From a virus (lineage: Duplodnaviria; Caudoviricetes): a stretch of 54,882 bases of DNA. The translations under genes were made by a program, and so were the position numbers. This document shows positions 34,881 to 44,103 of the stretch, piece by piece; position 1 is the stretch's first letter; the number at the start of each line of letters is the position of its first letter. The notes below the pieces were generated by a model that was given only the letters and a program-made list of their open reading frames with translations, was not told the origin of the DNA and made no database searches. The stretch covers positions 1 to 54,882 of IMG/VR virus record IMGVR_UViG_3300017747_001103; one strand, 5' to 3'.

Positions 34881-35923
34881 TAGGTCAACCCCGATCCTGA
34901 AATAATCCAAGTAGTAGTAGTCATCTTGATTGCAGTTGCCATGCCGTACTGCGCTAATGTTCGGCTTCCAGTAGTACCCGTTCCAGCTAAATACATTGTG
35001 TCGCTTGTGATTGCAATCGTTACTACTTGCGAAGTCATGTTAATAAACGTCAGCACCGTACCTGTCGCGTAAGCCACGTTTGCATTACTGTCAATCGTAA
35101 ACGTCCTAGCATTTGCATCTGTACTAGGATGGAATATAGCTTTACCAGAGTCTGCCAAAACCGTTGTGTATGCCGCTGATTGCGAATTAATCGGCACATT
35201 CAAATAACCAACGCTTGCCGAGGCAGGTGGGAAGGTCATTGTCGTGCTGTCAGTACCAGCCAACGTAATGCTGTTACTGGCTGTCAACGTCTTGCCATCA
35301 GCAATCGTTAACGTAGAACCAGTAGCAGGAGCCGTTAAAGTTACTTTGTTAACTGTGGTGGCAGACGCTACACCAAGCACAGGAGTTACAAGCGTCGGTG
35401 ACGTAGCAAATACTAAGTCACCTGAACCAGTTTCTTCAGTAACCGCAGCTGCTAAGTTTGCAGCCGATGGAGTGCCTAGAAATGTAGCTACGTTAGCACC
35501 TAAGCCACTTACACCAGTAGAAATTGGTAAGCCAGTGCATGAACTCAACGTACCTGAGCTTGGCGTACCTAAAACTGGTGTAACAAAAGTAGGAGACGTG
35601 TTTAAAACCACGCTGCCAGTGCCTGTGCTTGATGTAACTCCAGTGCCGCCATTGGCCACCACAAGTGTTCCTGCGACTGACACAACGCCTGTGGTTGCTG
35701 TGCTAGGCGTTAAACCAGTGGTGCCAAACGAAATAGAGTCAACACTAGTCAACGAAGCTTTACTAGCAATGGTCTGAACCGCGCCAAGATTGTCCTTGTA
35801 AAACAACTTGCCGTCAGTAATATTGATAGCCAATTCACCGTTTACTAAATTGGTATTAACAGGAACAGCAGATACTGTTGTACTGTAATAAAGTGAGATT
35901 GGCGTGTAGGTTGCTTGTGCCAT
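34880..35923 (-). CDS. Tail fibre protein
   Basis: GELAINITDGKLFYKD, TSPTLVTPVLG repeats, WIISGSGLT end. Confidence 0.8.
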   Translation of the reverse strand: MAQATYTPISLYYSTTVSAVPVNTNLVNGELAINITDGKLFYKDNLGAVQTIASKASLTSVDSISFGTTGLTPSTATTGVVSVAGTLVVANGGTGVTSSTGTGSVVLNTSPTFVTPVLGTPSSGTLSSCTGLPISTGVSGLGANVATFLGTPSAANLAAAVTEETGSGDLVFATSPTLVTPVLGVASATTVNKVTLTAPATGSTLTIADGKTLTASNSITLAGTDSTTMTFPPASASVGYLNVPINSQSAAYTTVLADSGKAIFHPSTDANARTFTIDSNANVAYATGTVLTFINMTSQVVTIAITSDTMYLAGTGTTGSRTLAQYGMATAIKMTTTTWIISGSGLT

Positions 35924-35933
35924 AATTTATTCC

Positions 35934-36404
35934 TTAAAAAGTCCCGCCAGTAATAGAACCCCATGCTGGCACAGATGCTCCTGCAATCAATACCTGCCCT
36001 TGCGTTCCGTTAGAAATACTTGATACCGCAACCGTACCAACAATAGTTTTTAGACTGCCAGTAGTGTCATACGACCCATCTGTCGTCCACGTATCTCCAA
36101 CTTGCAACGTAACTTTAACGATTGTTCTGAGCGTACTGTTGTTGTTGTAGCTAACAGTTAACGTAACAGCTGCAGTATCTCTGTTCTCTATGGTAATGGT
36201 CTTAACAGTCCTACGAGTAGAAGCAGCAGGAGCAGCAACTAAAGTAACTGACGAAGTACCATTTAAAGCGCCATCGTTAGCGCCCTCTGTAAAAGTCGTG
36301 CCATTATTATCAGCGTAAGCAGACGTAAAATCAGGGTTGGTTGTAGCCGCAGCCCCTGACATGGCTACTACAATTGATTTTGTGGTTGCGTCAAGGATTA
36401 ACAT
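35934..36404 (-). CDS. Virion structural protein
   Basis: Beta-rich; probable start 36404. Confidence 0.7.
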   Translation of the reverse strand: MLILDATTKSIVVAMSGAAATTNPDFTSAYADNNGTTFTEGANDGALNGTSSVTLVAAPAASTRRTVKTITIENRDTAAVTLTVSYNNNSTLRTIVKVTLQVGDTWTTDGSYDTTGSLKTIVGTVAVSSISNGTQGQVLIAGASVPAWGSITGGTF

Positions 36405-36412
36405 ATTTTTTC

Positions 36413-38149
36413 CTAAGAAATAAACCAAGCATACGCATTAGCTTGGGATGATAAGCCGCCACCGCCTGCTGCTTGCCATGCCGCTGTGGTTCCATCAGAC
36501 GTTAAGACATATCCGTTGGAGCCAATTCCAAGCCTTGTGGCGCTATTTGTTCCGTTCCCTATTATAAGATCACCAGTAGTGGTTATGGGAGACAAAGCAT
36601 TGAACGCTGCAGAAGCAGAAGTTTGTCCTGTACCACCACTTGATATTCCTAAAGTACCAGCAAGGGTTATAGCCCCTGTAGTAGCAGTAGACGGCGTTAA
36701 GCCGCTTAAAGAGGTACTGAATGACGTTACACCGCCAGTTGAAGCAGCCCACGTAGGCACCCCTGCGGCAAGTGTTAATACAAATCCGTTTGTGCTAACA
36801 GAAAGCTTACTTAGCGTATTGGTCGCAGAGGCATATAAAATATCTCCAGTGGCATACGTGTTTTGATTTGTACCGCCGTTAGTTGCACCTAACGTGCCTG
36901 CAAGAGTAATCGTCCCACTTGATGTAATTGGGCCACCAGATGTCGTTAATCCAGTTGTACCACCCGATACATCCACTGAACTAACAGTGCCACCTGTAGC
37001 AACAGCAATATTTGTAGCGCTAGTAATCTGCCCTTGAGCATTTATTATGATCTGCGGAATGTTTGAAGATGAACCATAAGTACCCGCAACCACAGTTGTA
37101 TTAGCAATAGCTATGGTTCCAGTGGTCGTAATTGGCCCACCAGTTAGTCCTGTGCCTGTAGCTATTGCAGTTACACCGCCACCACCGCTGCCAGTTCCTA
37201 GCGTAATCCATCCAGCAGTCGTATACGCCTCAACAACCCCAAGGTCGCTGTTATAGCGCAACATGCCACCAACAGGCGTACCGGGACGAGCAAAAGAGCT
37301 ACCTATAGGAAGCGTTAAACTACCAGTACCGGGGATTATTGGGTTAGTAGCAATTGAAACAGTAGGGGTGGTAGTGCCATTAACGACTGTTATTTGATTT
37401 GCAGTGCCTATTACATTAGTAACAGACCCCGCACCAGTGCCAAAAACTGTCCAAGCACCGTTTTGATAGAACTCAAAATTAACATTGTCTGTGTTGTATC
37501 GGATAGTGCCGTTTGATGGAACCGCAGCACGAGCAGCCGTATTACCAGATGGCACAACTACACCAGCAGAACCCGGCAAAATTGGGTTGCTAGTAATAGA
37601 AATAGTCGGATTTCCGACACCATTACCGTTAGCTACATCAATTTGATTAGACGTACCAAGAATCGTAGTAGTTCCGACGCTTGTACCGTTAATCATGTTC
37701 AAAATACCTGTGCCAGACAGCCCAGCTAAGCTTGCAGGCAAGCCACTAAGCGCTAATGTAGGGTCACCAGAAGCTCCAGAGCCATTAGTAACGCTCAAAC
37801 CACTACCAGAAACCGCTATAGAACGGTTTGTAACGGTCGATGCACCTGTTTTGGCTACCAACCCATTAGCTGCTGCCTCTAAACTGCCTGAAGCCCCGTT
37901 TAACGTGATTGTAAGGGTGCTTAAAGCTCCACCGTCAGTCAAGCCAATACCTAAACTGCCTGATAAGGCTCTTGAGTTAGGTAGTGTTGACTGTTGGGTT
38001 AAGGTTAAGAAGTTCTGCTGCTGGGCAGGGGACGCTGCAATAGCTGAAGTAGGGACGCGAACAGTCACCCCGTTCTGGACAACTGGAACTTGCTCTGTCC
38101 CTGTAATTGGGCCACCAGCAGGTAATTGGGTAATCTGTATATTTGCCAT
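36413..38149 (-). CDS. Tail fibre protein
   Basis: G/T-rich shaft repeats (GGPITT.GTI; G.IRYN.D; GGTGQT). Confidence 0.8.
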   Translation of the reverse strand: MANIQITQLPAGGPITGTEQVPVVQNGVTVRVPTSAIAASPAQQQNFLTLTQQSTLPNSRALSGSLGIGLTDGGALSTLTITLNGASGSLEAAANGLVAKTGASTVTNRSIAVSGSGLSVTNGSGASGDPTLALSGLPASLAGLSGTGILNMINGTSVGTTTILGTSNQIDVANGNGVGNPTISITSNPILPGSAGVVVPSGNTAARAAVPSNGTIRYNTDNVNFEFYQNGAWTVFGTGAGSVTNVIGTANQITVVNGTTTPTVSIATNPIIPGTGSLTLPIGSSFARPGTPVGGMLRYNSDLGVVEAYTTAGWITLGTGSGGGGVTAIATGTGLTGGPITTTGTIAIANTTVVAGTYGSSSNIPQIIINAQGQITSATNIAVATGGTVSSVDVSGGTTGLTTSGGPITSSGTITLAGTLGATNGGTNQNTYATGDILYASATNTLSKLSVSTNGFVLTLAAGVPTWAASTGGVTSFSTSLSGLTPSTATTGAITLAGTLGISSGGTGQTSASAAFNALSPITTTGDLIIGNGTNSATRLGIGSNGYVLTSDGTTAAWQAAGGGGLSSQANAYAWFIS

Positions 38150-38490
38150 TATGGACTCTGACTCAAATTATCAAGATTGCCATTTTGTTCAGGTGTGGCT
38201 GTGTTCTGCTCAGGTGAAATAACAAATTCATTTGGTGCATTTGTTGTAATCCCTGTCGGATTGTCAGCCACGCTCTCATCAGGACGAGGGAACCGTAACG
38301 TAATGCGCTCTGTCTTCCGCGCAGGTAATCTATACGGGTCAAACTGATCCTTACATCCTTGGTCACACACCATCAACCCCGGAAAGTTCGGGTCTTTTTC
38401 TAACACGGCATGAGGACGCTTCATTTTACAACGATCACACACCGCAATTGCGATGTCTGAATAACCTCTAGTATCAAGAAATACTGGCAT
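38149..38490 (-). CDS. Small Cys-containing head-completion-like protein
   Basis: AVCDRC...GLMVC..GC.D, PRPD. Confidence 0.7.
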   Translation of the reverse strand: MPVFLDTRGYSDIAIAVCDRCKMKRPHAVLEKDPNFPGLMVCDQGCKDQFDPYRLPARKTERITLRFPRPDESVADNPTGITTNAPNEFVISPEQNTATPEQNGNLDNLSQSP

Positions 38491-39563
38491 TATCTTGTAT
38501 AGACTGAAATGTTAGGAGCCAAATAAATCGGCGATTTATCGCGCTCTTCCTGTTCAGCTTCCATTAGATACTGCATTCCCATCTTCTCTAAATAACCAAT
38601 TCTATCCATCTGAATGCCGGGCAGTTCTAGGCTCATCCTGTGAGCCAGCATCATTACTGTAGCCTCGTACCACCGCTGTGGAATCTCAAGCTCATCAGTT
38701 AGTGAGCCTACGTCCATAATTTGACGAGAGTACCAAACAGTCATCTGGATAAATGGGTCACTAGGCACAGGCCATAGGTATAGCTCAGGCACAGGGATAG
38801 TGCGGTTAAACCAATATTGAAACGGCTGATTAGCTGTGAAGTTCTTGTTTGGCAGGCTTGTATAGTCATCACGATTTAAACGAGCCATTGGTATTTCAGT
38901 GCTGTTGTTGCCAACGTAGAATTCGCGCAAGGCTAATGTCGTGCCGTTGTACACACGTACACGGTAGTACATAACAGACTGGCCGGGGTCTATATCCGTC
39001 CAAATCCATTGGTTGTCAGTAACAACTACCGCGCCAAGATCATCAAGGGTTGACCATGTGCTTCCGTCAGTCGAATACTCAAAAGTAACTGACCAAGTGG
39101 CAGAGCCGCCGCCAGACACGTAAGGCAAAATACCAATACTGCCAGCATAAATAGGAGTGCTTGTGCCATAAAAAACTTGGATGTTACCGTTTGCTGAGGT
39201 CTGTTGGCAGAATGTGTCTACGTCGCCGTCGTAAACATTTGCAACTACGCCGCCTGCAGAAGAGGTGTAATCACCTGAAGGGCGGTTCATCTTGCGATAC
39301 AGAGCGTTTAGGACGTCTACAGCGCCCAAAGGAAGGCTGTATATGTATTTGTCGGCAGACAGCCCTATAACCTTCTTATCAATCGCCCAGTATTGAATGC
39401 CACGGTTAATTAAATGCGACAGAAGAAAGTACAAAGACTGACGTGAAGCTACCTGCTGCTCAGACGTCAGCTCCTCAGCTAACTTTCCACAACGACGAGC
39501 ACCGTGGTCTATCAGCTCTTGGACATTTATTACTGTCGTACTAACTGTGCCTGAATAAGCCAT
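38490..39563 (-). CDS. Adaptor/ring-like protein with inserted discoidin-like domain
   Basis: NRGIQYW, LNRDDYTSLPNK, YLWPVP; insert VYDGDVDT...EYSTDGSTW...YYRV. Confidence 0.65.
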   Translation of the reverse strand: MAYSGTVSTTVINVQELIDHGARRCGKLAEELTSEQQVASRQSLYFLLSHLINRGIQYWAIDKKVIGLSADKYIYSLPLGAVDVLNALYRKMNRPSGDYTSSAGGVVANVYDGDVDTFCQQTSANGNIQVFYGTSTPIYAGSIGILPYVSGGGSATWSVTFEYSTDGSTWSTLDDLGAVVVTDNQWIWTDIDPGQSVMYYRVRVYNGTTLALREFYVGNNSTEIPMARLNRDDYTSLPNKNFTANQPFQYWFNRTIPVPELYLWPVPSDPFIQMTVWYSRQIMDVGSLTDELEIPQRWYEATVMMLAHRMSLELPGIQMDRIGYLEKMGMQYLMEAEQEERDKSPIYLAPNISVYTR

Positions 39564-39566
39564 GAT

Positions 39567-39860
39567 TTACCAATTTGATGATTTTTTAGAACCAGTTTGA
39601 CCAGTTGTAACTTTTGTCTTTGGTATTTTTATTGCGCCACCATGTTTGTTTCCAATTTTTCTTAGACGCGCTCTAGCTTTAGCTTCAGCAGCAAAATTAT
39701 CTAGGTCACTACTACCACTTGGCGCATTACGAAAATCTTGCATTTCTTGTTTAGATGCGGCTTGACGAGCATCAAACTCTTCTTTAGTTACAGGAGCTCC
39801 GTCAATCTCATAGACTTGACCTTCTGGTGTTGGGTACGTTCTAAAAGAACTATCAGACAT
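39567..39860 (-). CDS. Small protein with C-terminal GG-tag cassette
   Basis: KHGGAIKIPKTKVTTGQTGSKKSSNW. Confidence 0.75.
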   Translation of the reverse strand: MSDSSFRTYPTPEGQVYEIDGAPVTKEEFDARQAASKQEMQDFRNAPSGSSDLDNFAAEAKARARLRKIGNKHGGAIKIPKTKVTTGQTGSKKSSNW

Positions 39861-39870
39861 TTTTATCTCC

Positions 39871-40179
39871 CTACCAATTTGATGATTTCTTAGAATTTCT
39901 TTGCCCAGTTGACACTTTTGTCTTTGGAATTTTTATTCTGCCGCCTTTTTTTATTTCAAAATCTGTTTTTCGCTCTGGTTCAAAATTACGCATTCTGTAC
40001 AGTTCTTCTTGATCGTTAACAAAAGAAGGTTTTGTTTCCATGAGAACAGGATTAGGCTTCGACTCCCTCATTGGATCATTGTCGTAATCAACAATTCCTA
40101 CACTAGCCGCAATATCATCAATATCTTTACCCGGATAGTTAGGAACAACACGTTTTTTAGATTTGCCTGTCTTTTTCAT
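39871..40179 (-). CDS. Small protein with C-terminal GG-tag cassette
   Basis: KKGGRIKIPKTKVSTGQRNSKKSSNW. Confidence 0.75.
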   Translation of the reverse strand: MKKTGKSKKRVVPNYPGKDIDDIAASVGIVDYDNDPMRESKPNPVLMETKPSFVNDQEELYRMRNFEPERKTDFEIKKGGRIKIPKTKVSTGQRNSKKSSNW

Positions 40180-40584
40180 TTACCACCCCGAGCAATTCCA
40201 GCGTTTCATAGATGCCCGTGCGCGTGAGCCGCGCTCAGAGCTTTTTGCTATAGGTTCCATCCGAGCACAGAAAGAGTTCTTGCGTGCACCACCTTGGGGC
40301 TGCGGAGCTTTTAAATCGCTACCAGTCTCTCTGTTGTACTTCGCACGACCCTTGGCCGTCAATCCAGCCCCCTGCTCCGCTGGTAGCTTCTCGCCTCGAC
40401 CTACGGAAAGAGAAGGGCCTCCCTCTTTTAATTTCGATGGGAGCTTCCCGAAGGCTTTTTTTCCTACGTTAGATTCTGTGTATTCGGCTGCTTTAGCTGA
40501 AGACATGCCAACTTTTTTAGCAACAGAAGGATTATGCTCAATAGCCTTCATCAACTTAAACTGTGCTTTGGATTTAGCAGGCAT
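40180..40584 (-). CDS. Small basic protein (MPAKSKAQ module and GLTAKGR...SFCARM module joined at KEGG)
   Basis: Recognisable basic phage motifs; probable start 40584. Confidence 0.8.
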   Translation of the reverse strand: MPAKSKAQFKLMKAIEHNPSVAKKVGMSSAKAAEYTESNVGKKAFGKLPSKLKEGGPSLSVGRGEKLPAEQGAGLTAKGRAKYNRETGSDLKAPQPQGGARKNSFCARMEPIAKSSERGSRARASMKRWNCSGW

Positions 40585-40586
40585 AA

Positions 40587-40802
40587 TTACCAACAAGATT
40601 TTTTAGCAGAACCGCCATTTTTCTTCTTGGCAGTTTTAGCAGACTCTACAAAGTCTTGTTTTGATGGCGCACCTTTGCTACCAGCTTTACGCATCTTTTC
40701 GCCAGAGCCTTCAGAAATTCGTTCACGTTTTGCATGAATATTTTCATAAAGACCACCGCCTTTCATTTTCTTTTCAGAGAATAACTTATCCACTATGGCC
40801 AC
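40587..40802 (-). CDS. Small basic protein (GLYxNIHAKRxRI family)
   Basis: MKGGGLYENIHAKRERI...KKNGG; start uncertain. Confidence 0.75.
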   Translation of the reverse strand: MAIVDKLFSEKKMKGGGLYENIHAKRERISEGSGEKMRKAGSKGAPSKQDFVESAKTAKKKNGGSAKKSCW

Positions 40803-40841
40803 CCGTTGAGGTTTTGTTGTTACGTCTTTAACTTGACATGA

Positions 40842-41594
40842 TTAGTCTGGGTTCTTAATGAGAATACCACCCGCATACATACTGCAAGTAAGCGGGCCAC
40901 CAGCACTAGATTTGACGCAAAACTGCATGTCAGTTTTTTCGGTGTGAGCAATTTGAACAGTATAAGGAATCTCCTGTTTCTGCACGAAAACAGTCTGATG
41001 TGTCACAGTAATAGCGCCAGTTACGTTATCTTTGTTGTACTCTTGGGCAATCATATAAGCACTAGAAGTAAAACCAATAGCAGCGTCATATTGTACGTAA
41101 GACAGATAGAACGTATAACCTGCTGGAACTGTATAAATTGACATTTGCGTCTGACCAACACCGGGGTTGATCTGAGCGTAAGTCGTAGAGCTAATTTTTG
41201 CGGTAATGGTTCCAACATTGGTGCCGTTGGTCACATACATTGCATTGATTCGCAAAAACGAATTAGTGGTCGTTACATTAGTTGTGCCGTTTATCGCAAT
41301 AGTTTCATTTAACGGAACAAAATTAGCGCCACAACCTTCAATTCGTATGCTAAGTGCAGTCGTGTCCGATGCAGAACTGCTCACTAAAACCAAAGGGGCA
41401 GCAGATGATGGAGGCGTGTATAAACCGCCAGATTGTGTCTGACCTTCCCACATTGGGCCAGTTGCGGTATTTGCGATATTTGGGCTGTAGCCAAAAATTT
41501 CAATTCCAGTATGCCCATCTACTTGACCACGGGCTACTTGCAGCTCAAATGGCTCATACGCACCCTGACGAGTGGCAGAAGAATAAGTTCCCAT
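40842..41594 (-). CDS. Virion structural protein
   Basis: FELQVARG, IFGY, FLRIN, GQTQMSIYTVPAGYT; probable start 41594. Confidence 0.7.
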   Translation of the reverse strand: MGTYSSATRQGAYEPFELQVARGQVDGHTGIEIFGYSPNIANTATGPMWEGQTQSGGLYTPPSSAAPLVLVSSSASDTTALSIRIEGCGANFVPLNETIAINGTTNVTTTNSFLRINAMYVTNGTNVGTITAKISSTTYAQINPGVGQTQMSIYTVPAGYTFYLSYVQYDAAIGFTSSAYMIAQEYNKDNVTGAITVTHQTVFVQKQEIPYTVQIAHTEKTDMQFCVKSSAGGPLTCSMYAGGILIKNPD

Positions 41595-41606
41595 ATCAAT
41601 CCTCAA

Positions 41607-41633
41607 TTAAAAGTAGGGGGCGAACCCCCTACT
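41607..41633 (-). terminator. Rho-independent terminator
   Basis: AGUAGGGGG-UUCG-CCCCCUACU followed by UUUAA. Confidence 0.75.
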
Positions 41634-41638
41634 CATTT

Positions 41639-42670
41639 TCAACAAGCACTACCGCCGCGCTTTTTACCCGGAGGCGAAACTGTTTTGCTTACTTCGCGCT
41701 CAGTTGTAGTCACCGCACCTTGACCAGTCATGCCACTTAAAGCTTTCTTGATCTTACGTGGGATATACATCAACGCATCACTAACGTCAGACCGAAGTCC
41801 TTCGTTAAATTTGCGCTCATCAGCATCAAATGCATCACGCGCAGCTGCGTTAGTACGCGCCTGTGCATCACCACCATCAGCCATCTTTTTTGCAGTAGTT
41901 ACCTTCCCGCCCTTTTTAAAGGTGCCAGATAACTGGTTGATGCTTACTGGACTAGAGGGCTTTTTACGCCCTTGAGGCATCGCGACGGGCTTCCCTGAAT
42001 CAACAACTCCCCCCGCCGCGTAAGCTTTTTTTGGGGCACCACCGTTCTTGTAGCCACCCGCATTAGACTTAGCCACGCCACCAGTTGCATAACCACCGCC
42101 ATTGCCGTTCTTCACGCCGCCAGTTTTGGCAGGTGAATGATCAGTTTTGGATGTGTGCATCTTCGTATTACGATACTCGCCACCTTGGTTCTCAGTATTG
42201 ATGATCCCGCCAGAAGCTAGACCACCCTTCTTGTAACCACCTTGACCATTAACAACGCCGCCAGTAGCAAACTTCTTACCAGCCATCGCCTTCTTGATCA
42301 TTGCACGGTCTTGAGCTGCGTCATCATGAGCCTTGCCACCCTTTTTCATCATTGGTGCCGATGGGGGTGCCATAGGATCAGGAGAAGCCATAGGAGGACG
42401 CATAGGCGGCTTCATTGCCTTGCGACGCATTGCCATTGAAGGGCGCTTAGGGCCAACCACTGGAGCAGCAGAACCGCCCACAGGGCCTGATGTAATGCGC
42501 GGAGCACCCATCATTGCGTCAGCCATACTAGGATCACCACCCATAGCCATCTTCTTGGCTTTAGTTGTAGATCCACCCTTCTTCATAGCAACAGCACCAC
42601 CTTTTTTAAGCTTCAAAATAACTGAAGGCTCGGTGGTTTCCATTTTTACCATTGGTTTAAATTGACCCAT
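41639..42670 (-). CDS. Low-complexity Lys/Gly/Met-rich protein with more than 12 xxxGG motifs
   Basis: KKGG, AMGG, ATGG, ASGG, AAGG, ADGG, KRGG repeats. Confidence 0.85.
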   Translation of the reverse strand: MGQFKPMVKMETTEPSVILKLKKGGAVAMKKGGSTTKAKKMAMGGDPSMADAMMGAPRITSGPVGGSAAPVVGPKRPSMAMRRKAMKPPMRPPMASPDPMAPPSAPMMKKGGKAHDDAAQDRAMIKKAMAGKKFATGGVVNGQGGYKKGGLASGGIINTENQGGEYRNTKMHTSKTDHSPAKTGGVKNGNGGGYATGGVAKSNAGGYKNGGAPKKAYAAGGVVDSGKPVAMPQGRKKPSSPVSINQLSGTFKKGGKVTTAKKMADGGDAQARTNAAARDAFDADERKFNEGLRSDVSDALMYIPRKIKKALSGMTGQGAVTTTEREVSKTVSPPGKKRGGSAC

Positions 42671-42681
42671 GATGGTTCTCC

Positions 42682-43131
42682 TTAAACTTTCTGGGCGTAG
42701 ACTACGGTCAGGCGGAAAGTGCCTTGCGTAGTTGATACGGTGCCATTAGGGTCAACAGTAATAACAACATTTGTATTTGCACCAACATCAGACATTGAAG
42801 TCAATTGAGCTGCAGTAAATGCCAAGGCAGTACGTCCAACCAAAGTTACATCAGTGGCAGACAGGTATTGAGTACCAGCCGCAGCTGTTCCAATCGTTGC
42901 ATTAACTAAGGTTGCAGTGCCAGCGCCATACGCAGGAACTGTAACCATATCGACAATTAAGTCAATAATTTGAGATGATGCGGGGATAGTAATTGTTGCG
43001 CTTGTTGCAGTACCAGCGGCAACAGTCGTGACAGTAGTTGTTTGACTAAGGACAACATAACCACCATCAGTCGTGTCAGTTAGCGTGCCAGAACCAGAAC
43101 GGAGCGTCGAACCAAAATAGGTTTGAGCCAT
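42682..43131 (-). CDS. Putative capsid decoration protein
   Basis: Directly after the MCP; MAQTYFG start at 43131 with AGGAG SD. Confidence 0.65.
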   Translation of the reverse strand: MAQTYFGSTLRSGSGTLTDTTDGGYVVLSQTTTVTTVAAGTATSATITIPASSQIIDLIVDMVTVPAYGAGTATLVNATIGTAAAGTQYLSATDVTLVGRTALAFTAAQLTSMSDVGANTNVVITVDPNGTVSTTQGTFRLTVVYAQKV

Positions 43132-43150
43132 TTCATTTCTCCTGTTAGGA

Positions 43151-43168
43151 GGGGAGCCGAAGCTCCCC
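43151..43168 (-). promoter_or_regulatory. UUCG hairpin after the major capsid gene
   Basis: GGGGAGC-UUCG-GCUCCCC with no U run, so likely an mRNA-stabilising hairpin. Confidence 0.6.
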
Positions 43169-43175
43169 AACTGGT

Positions 43176-44090
43176 TTAGACGCCCGGTGTGCCGTACATA
43201 GCACGCCAGTCGGTGAAGCCAACTTGGTAACGCTCGGTTGCCTTGTAGCGCATCGAGTCAGTTTCAAAGTCACCTTCCATCGTCTTCTCAAGCTTACGAC
43301 GCATCAGGAGCTTCATGCCCTCTGGTGCATCAGTCTGTACCCACCATGCGGTGGAAGAAGTCAGACGCGACAATACTGCAGCGCCTTCATCCAACAGACC
43401 AATCGACTTGATTGGGTTGATGTCGTTGTTAGCGTTGCCGCTACGCAGAACAGACTTCAGGAGAACTTCAGCTTGGAACACGTTACCGGGAGCTACAACG
43501 ATTTGACGTGGAACCAAACGGATTTTCTTGCCATTGTTGTCTACCGCTTGACGGATCTGAATCAACATCTGTTCCAAAGAAGTCTGGGACAGGTTGGCTG
43601 CAGTAGTCAGCAAGTTCGACACAGTGCCATTGACGATTGGGTGTGAAGCTGAGTTCAGCTGTACACCGTCACCGCCGGGGTATGCAGAGTTAAACGCACG
43701 GTTCAATACGTTAGCCGACAGCGTCTCTTTAGTCTCAATCAATGACTGAGCTAAGTGACGAGCATAAACTTGACCAATACGGATGTGGTCGCCATCTTCA
43801 ACCAACACTTTGGTCAGCGCGAAGGCCAAACCGAAGACTTGGTAAACATAGCGCTGCAGGAACAGAACACCACCCTGTTGATACGATACTGGAGTACCGT
43901 CAGGCAGTTGTGGAGCTGCGCCAAAGCCATACAGAACTGGCTCTTCGTGGTAGTTACGCGGGATACCTTCTTGCTCACGGAAAACGCGTGACCATTCGTC
44001 GGTACGCTGATCGTAGACACCATCAAAACATTCATTCAGAATTGGTTCGACAATGCTACGAAAGTCGGTACTTCTCATTGGGGCTGCCAT
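43176..44090 (-). CDS. Major capsid protein
   Basis: EEPVLYGFGAAP, GLAFALT...ED, VLNRAF, GDGV.L.S.SHP, EGDFET...YKATERY..G..DWR. Confidence 0.9.
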   Translation of the reverse strand: MAAPMRSTDFRSIVEPILNECFDGVYDQRTDEWSRVFREQEGIPRNYHEEPVLYGFGAAPQLPDGTPVSYQQGGVLFLQRYVYQVFGLAFALTKVLVEDGDHIRIGQVYARHLAQSLIETKETLSANVLNRAFNSAYPGGDGVQLNSASHPIVNGTVSNLLTTAANLSQTSLEQMLIQIRQAVDNNGKKIRLVPRQIVVAPGNVFQAEVLLKSVLRSGNANNDINPIKSIGLLDEGAAVLSRLTSSTAWWVQTDAPEGMKLLMRRKLEKTMEGDFETDSMRYKATERYQVGFTDWRAMYGTPGV

Positions 44091-44103
44091 GTTTTAGCCC
44101 TCC

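Noticed and set aside
32850-38149. Diversity-generating retroelement or invertible cassette acting on fibre genes
   Set aside because: No reverse transcriptase or invertase seen, and no adenine-specific TR/VR pair noticed; the internal similarities are ordinary fibre repeats.
27619-38149. GG dipeptides in fibre proteins as part of the GG-tag system
   Set aside because: They are GGT/GGP structural turns lacking the basic or hydrophobic-Ala context, so they were excluded from the motif count.
35244-38222. Long plus-strand ORFs (35244..35777, 36486..36866, 37695..38222)
   Set aside because: Antisense to Gly/Thr-rich fibre genes, where codon bias suppresses stops.
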